From NCBI GenBank assembly GCA_051294905.1, contig CM119377.1:4774001-4838000 (forward strand): a stretch of 64,000 nt of DNA. Reading direction: 5' to 3'. Position numbers and translations under genes: made by a program. The notes below the pieces were generated by a model that was not told the DNA's origin, ran no database searches, and was given only the letters and a program-made list of their open reading frames with translations. Origin of the DNA: Botryllus schlosseri (Eukaryota). Of the stretch, positions 60,656 to 64,000 are shown one piece after another. How positions within the stretch are numbered: the first letter of the stretch is position 1; the number at the start of each line of letters is the position of its first letter.

Positions 60656-61640
60656 CGCGGAAAGCCAACCAGTGAACAGGCGAGCCCAGACTGTCTCCAA
60701 TCAAGATAGCTTATCAACAAAGAGCCGTTATGATTTGATTTCTAAAAGATATCTTCGTATTCATGCGATCTGATTTCGTGTGACTAGAAGACGCAGTTCA
60801 AGACGTATATGTCATATTAATTAGTAGTGGGAGACATTTTGATGCGAGAGAACAAAAGAAAAACTGCATGGTGGGAAATGTATTCTTGTCTGTTGCTCCA
60901 TCTACCGGCACAGAAGGGAGCTTAAGTTCTGGCTGTTTCGAAAAGTGTCTGTATAAATTTACACAATAGACCAGGGGTTCTCAAACATTTTAACTGTGTA
61001 CCGTATCGGTTTATAAGCATGCATTCCGTAGTCCATAAAAATAAGGTGAATCCGAATTTTATGCACGACTATCAGCTGTACAGTCAAATTTTAGGGTTGG
61101 AACCATATCTAGGTCTAACTGCAAAGAAAACTTTAGCAAGAAGAATTTCCAATACTTAGGTGCTAACCGGGATACTATCTTTGTATCGAATTTTCCAAGA
61201 AAATAACCTGGCATACATCTTACTTATAATAGATGTATGGCCTGGAGAACGTGACCTTGTTCTGGCGCAATGCAGAACCGATTTTTCAGAAAATCTGCTC
61301 CACAGTAATCACCGGCAGAGTCATAAACCAGCCTGCTTACATACATTGCATATGTGCACAAGCTAATCACTGAAGACTGAAATGGCGCAAAACATTAACC
61401 CTTCATAATTTTCACTTCAACACCTGACGAAGGAGTGGAGCTCCGAAGCTCGTGTGATAAATAAAATTATTACGCTGTAAGTGGACGCTAAATAAGGTGT
61501 GAAAGCAACCAAGACCTTCACAATGAGAAATTCCTATCGCAAATGCATTTAAATGACACTGGTTGAACTAATCCGAGACCTACAGTAGGCTACGAGAAAA
61601 ACTTACCTCCGCGACCTCCGAGAAACATAAATACACTAAA
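60656..61640 (-). other. Probable 5' UTR portion of the ZNF827-like gene (acceptor before 60741, upstream non-coding exon ending 61607)
   Basis: TATCTTTTAG acceptor at 60742. Strong donor GAG|GTAAGT at 61607/61606. Confidence 0.4.
61418..61500 (+). mobile_element. Penelope-like terminal relic with minimal hammerhead-like motif
   Basis: CAC-CTGACGA-A-GGAG(TGGAG)CTCC-GAAG-CTC-GTG, followed by ATAAATAAAATTATTACGCTGTAAG. Confidence 0.45.
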
Positions 61641-64000
61641 TGAGACTAGTGACGTTACACAGCATTGTATAATCTCGAATATTACGTCACACAGCAATGT
61701 GAACCTTGGGTAAAAGCATGGTGGTTTATGCACCAAAAACTACGTTAACCTTTTTCTCGCTTTGCACATAAAATCGTAGTGGCAGAAAATTGTCGCAGTG
61801 TCGGAAAACTGTGGTTGTTCGCGTAACCCCGCAATTTTCTCGCGTACCCCATATTGATAATCCCTTACCCTAATAAACACTTGCGTGACCTTTGACACGG
61901 ACCAACTAGATTCAAACAAGATGTGAACGCAAAAAATCGGTGGAAGAATGAAGGCTTTTAGCAACATTACATACAACATTTTACAACATACATGGTTCTC
62001 AGTGGATATAGCCTCACACCTTGCCACTAGATACCTCGTGGATTTACTTTTCAAATACCAATGACACTACGATCTATTGCGCAATCTACACTACTCTACA
62101 CTGACTATTAAAAAGGCGGGAGGCCAGACCTTTCGGACGGTTGAAAACGTGAAGAAGTCTTTTCAGATAGACACTTTGGACATTCACTGGGTATAGTGCA
62201 GTCTTGCTGATAGTAACGGAAATCCTATATATTCTATACGCATCGATGAATTTTAAGTCGTTTTTACTGGTTTACGATTATTCGTCGGTTTGACTATAAT
62301 ACCATGAAATATCCATGTAGCATGGTTCAAGCCTATATAAACGCATCCTTCACAACGTAACTTACGTGAAGCCGCAATAACGGTGAGATTTAAACCGAAG
62401 GTCAACGATCTGTTGTTCCGGAAGATCCTGTTACATTCTATATGCATTCGTCAAATATGACAGGAAAGTATGTCAGCATATCAATCATTATTTAAACAAA
62501 GATTGACTGTGCACTTTGCATATCAGGTTTGTTAGATTGCACCAAGTAGCAAGAATCCAAGCTAACCCAACCATAGCTTGTCTGCACCATTTCATTACAC
62601 GCAGACTCAAACGAGGTCGAACGTCAGGGCATAAACTAAACGCTGAGAGCGACCGCCGACGCCTGTCGGGGCGTAGCCTGAAAAAGAAATTGAGGGAACC
62701 AAATATTTGATGAATTAAAAGACGCCCCCCTTTTAACGATAACAATCTATGGACTTGAGATCATATTGGGTGATTAACACAATTTTTGGGGTGGTTTTAT
62801 TCCCTTTTTTAAGTTAATGGTTAAATTTGGTTTATACTGGTACATGCGCTCTTGGATCGCAATTTGACGGTGTGTTGATCGAATAACAAAAAACTCTTCC
62901 TGATACTCATAACGGTTTCCAGATCTAATCCTTTTATGTGCGTGTTATTTTGGATTGGATCGTTTTGGCACCCTTCGCATAACAGCTACGTTGTGCAATA
63001 TCTGTTTTCGTCTCCCAGTCGCAGAGCGACACAAGCGATCGCTGACCGAGAGCTGGTGTGTTCGGCCTGATGATATGATTAATACGCTGATACTGATCAG
63101 TAAAACTATCTCTACATTCGTATCGTGTCGGTACAACTAAAGTTGTGAGCGTAGCGACTTCTGTGAAGATGCTGCTGACCTCGGTCTCGGTGCATGCCGC
63201 GGCTCTTTAGCCTCCCGCTACCTCGCTTCTATCATATTTCACTCAATTGCATTTTGTAATGCATACTGTTGATATGCACAGCTGGTAAATAAATGTTCTC
63301 TCTCTCTTTCTCATTAAACGTAAATAGGAACATCGCGGCAAAGTTCTCGTTCTCACAGCTACGCGAGATTTAAATTCGGGCCCTACCAACATACATGAAA
63401 GAATCAGAAACCTTCAAAGCAAAGGCCTACTCCACGATTAGATTCATCTTTTTGGGTGTAATTTTACATTCATCAAATTCAAGTAGCCATCTGTCTTTAT
63501 TATTGGGTATTGGGCTATTACCGCGCCACGACCCACCAAGACATACAATCAAGTTTTGGGCCATATAACATGTGACTCCAAGAAGTGTGCCAGAACGATC
63601 GGCAGCGAGAAAACCTTGGCCGAAAAGGTCTATGCCCTTATGCTGACCGAAGACTTCGTTATATATACAAAATACATATAGGTTTAATTGTCCAATTTAT
63701 GCCAGTGAAAAAATACCAATTTGAAATCGTGTGCGTCTCTTAGTTTAGAAGCTCACGTTTGAGCGATTCTATATTTTTTGTTATAGCTGACTGGAAGTCA
63801 CGAAATAACATCATGTAACGAAGTCATATCAACGGGTCCGCCCGCCAAAGATGTTTAATCATTATTTACGGGCGCTTCCGTTTTCAAGACACTTCACTCG
63901 GCTCTACCGGTGAATCTAATTGCGTGAGTAGAGAGGACAATAAATTGATGGCATAATATATATGCAATCGCCGATCTGATTGACCGATTTTATCATAAAT

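Overview
Eukaryotic, AT-rich, spliced invertebrate-chordate DNA. The compact introns and gene content suggest an ascidian, but that is inference. Five protein-coding genes can be rebuilt exon by exon with consistent GT-AG sites and phases. (1) A secreted thyroglobulin-1 + 2xTIL protease-inhibitor-like protein (-, 1529-6866). (2) An uncharacterised protein of about 950 aa, mostly low-complexity, with a ubiquitin-binding MIU-like motif (-, 9904-15404). (3) MESD, head-to-head with gene 2 (+, 15771-20164, ends KDEL). (4) MITD1, tail-to-tail with MESD (-, 20767-22450). (5) A 7-exon ZNF827-like C2H2 zinc-finger gene (-, 41793-60655) whose N-terminus, MPRTKQ, reproduces the histone H3 tail RTKQ. About 19 kb between MITD1 and the ZNF827-like gene has no convincing coding gene. 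Introns and intergenic DNA hold many non-autonomous DNA transposons (several with perfect 8-bp TSDs, some nested), a long foldback element and two tRNA-headed SINEs sharing a structured core. There is also a hammerhead-like Penelope relic and a possible decayed MUS81/ERCC4-like sequence. No CRISPR array, rRNA or intact tRNA gene was seen. Most short ORFs in the supplied track are spurious.
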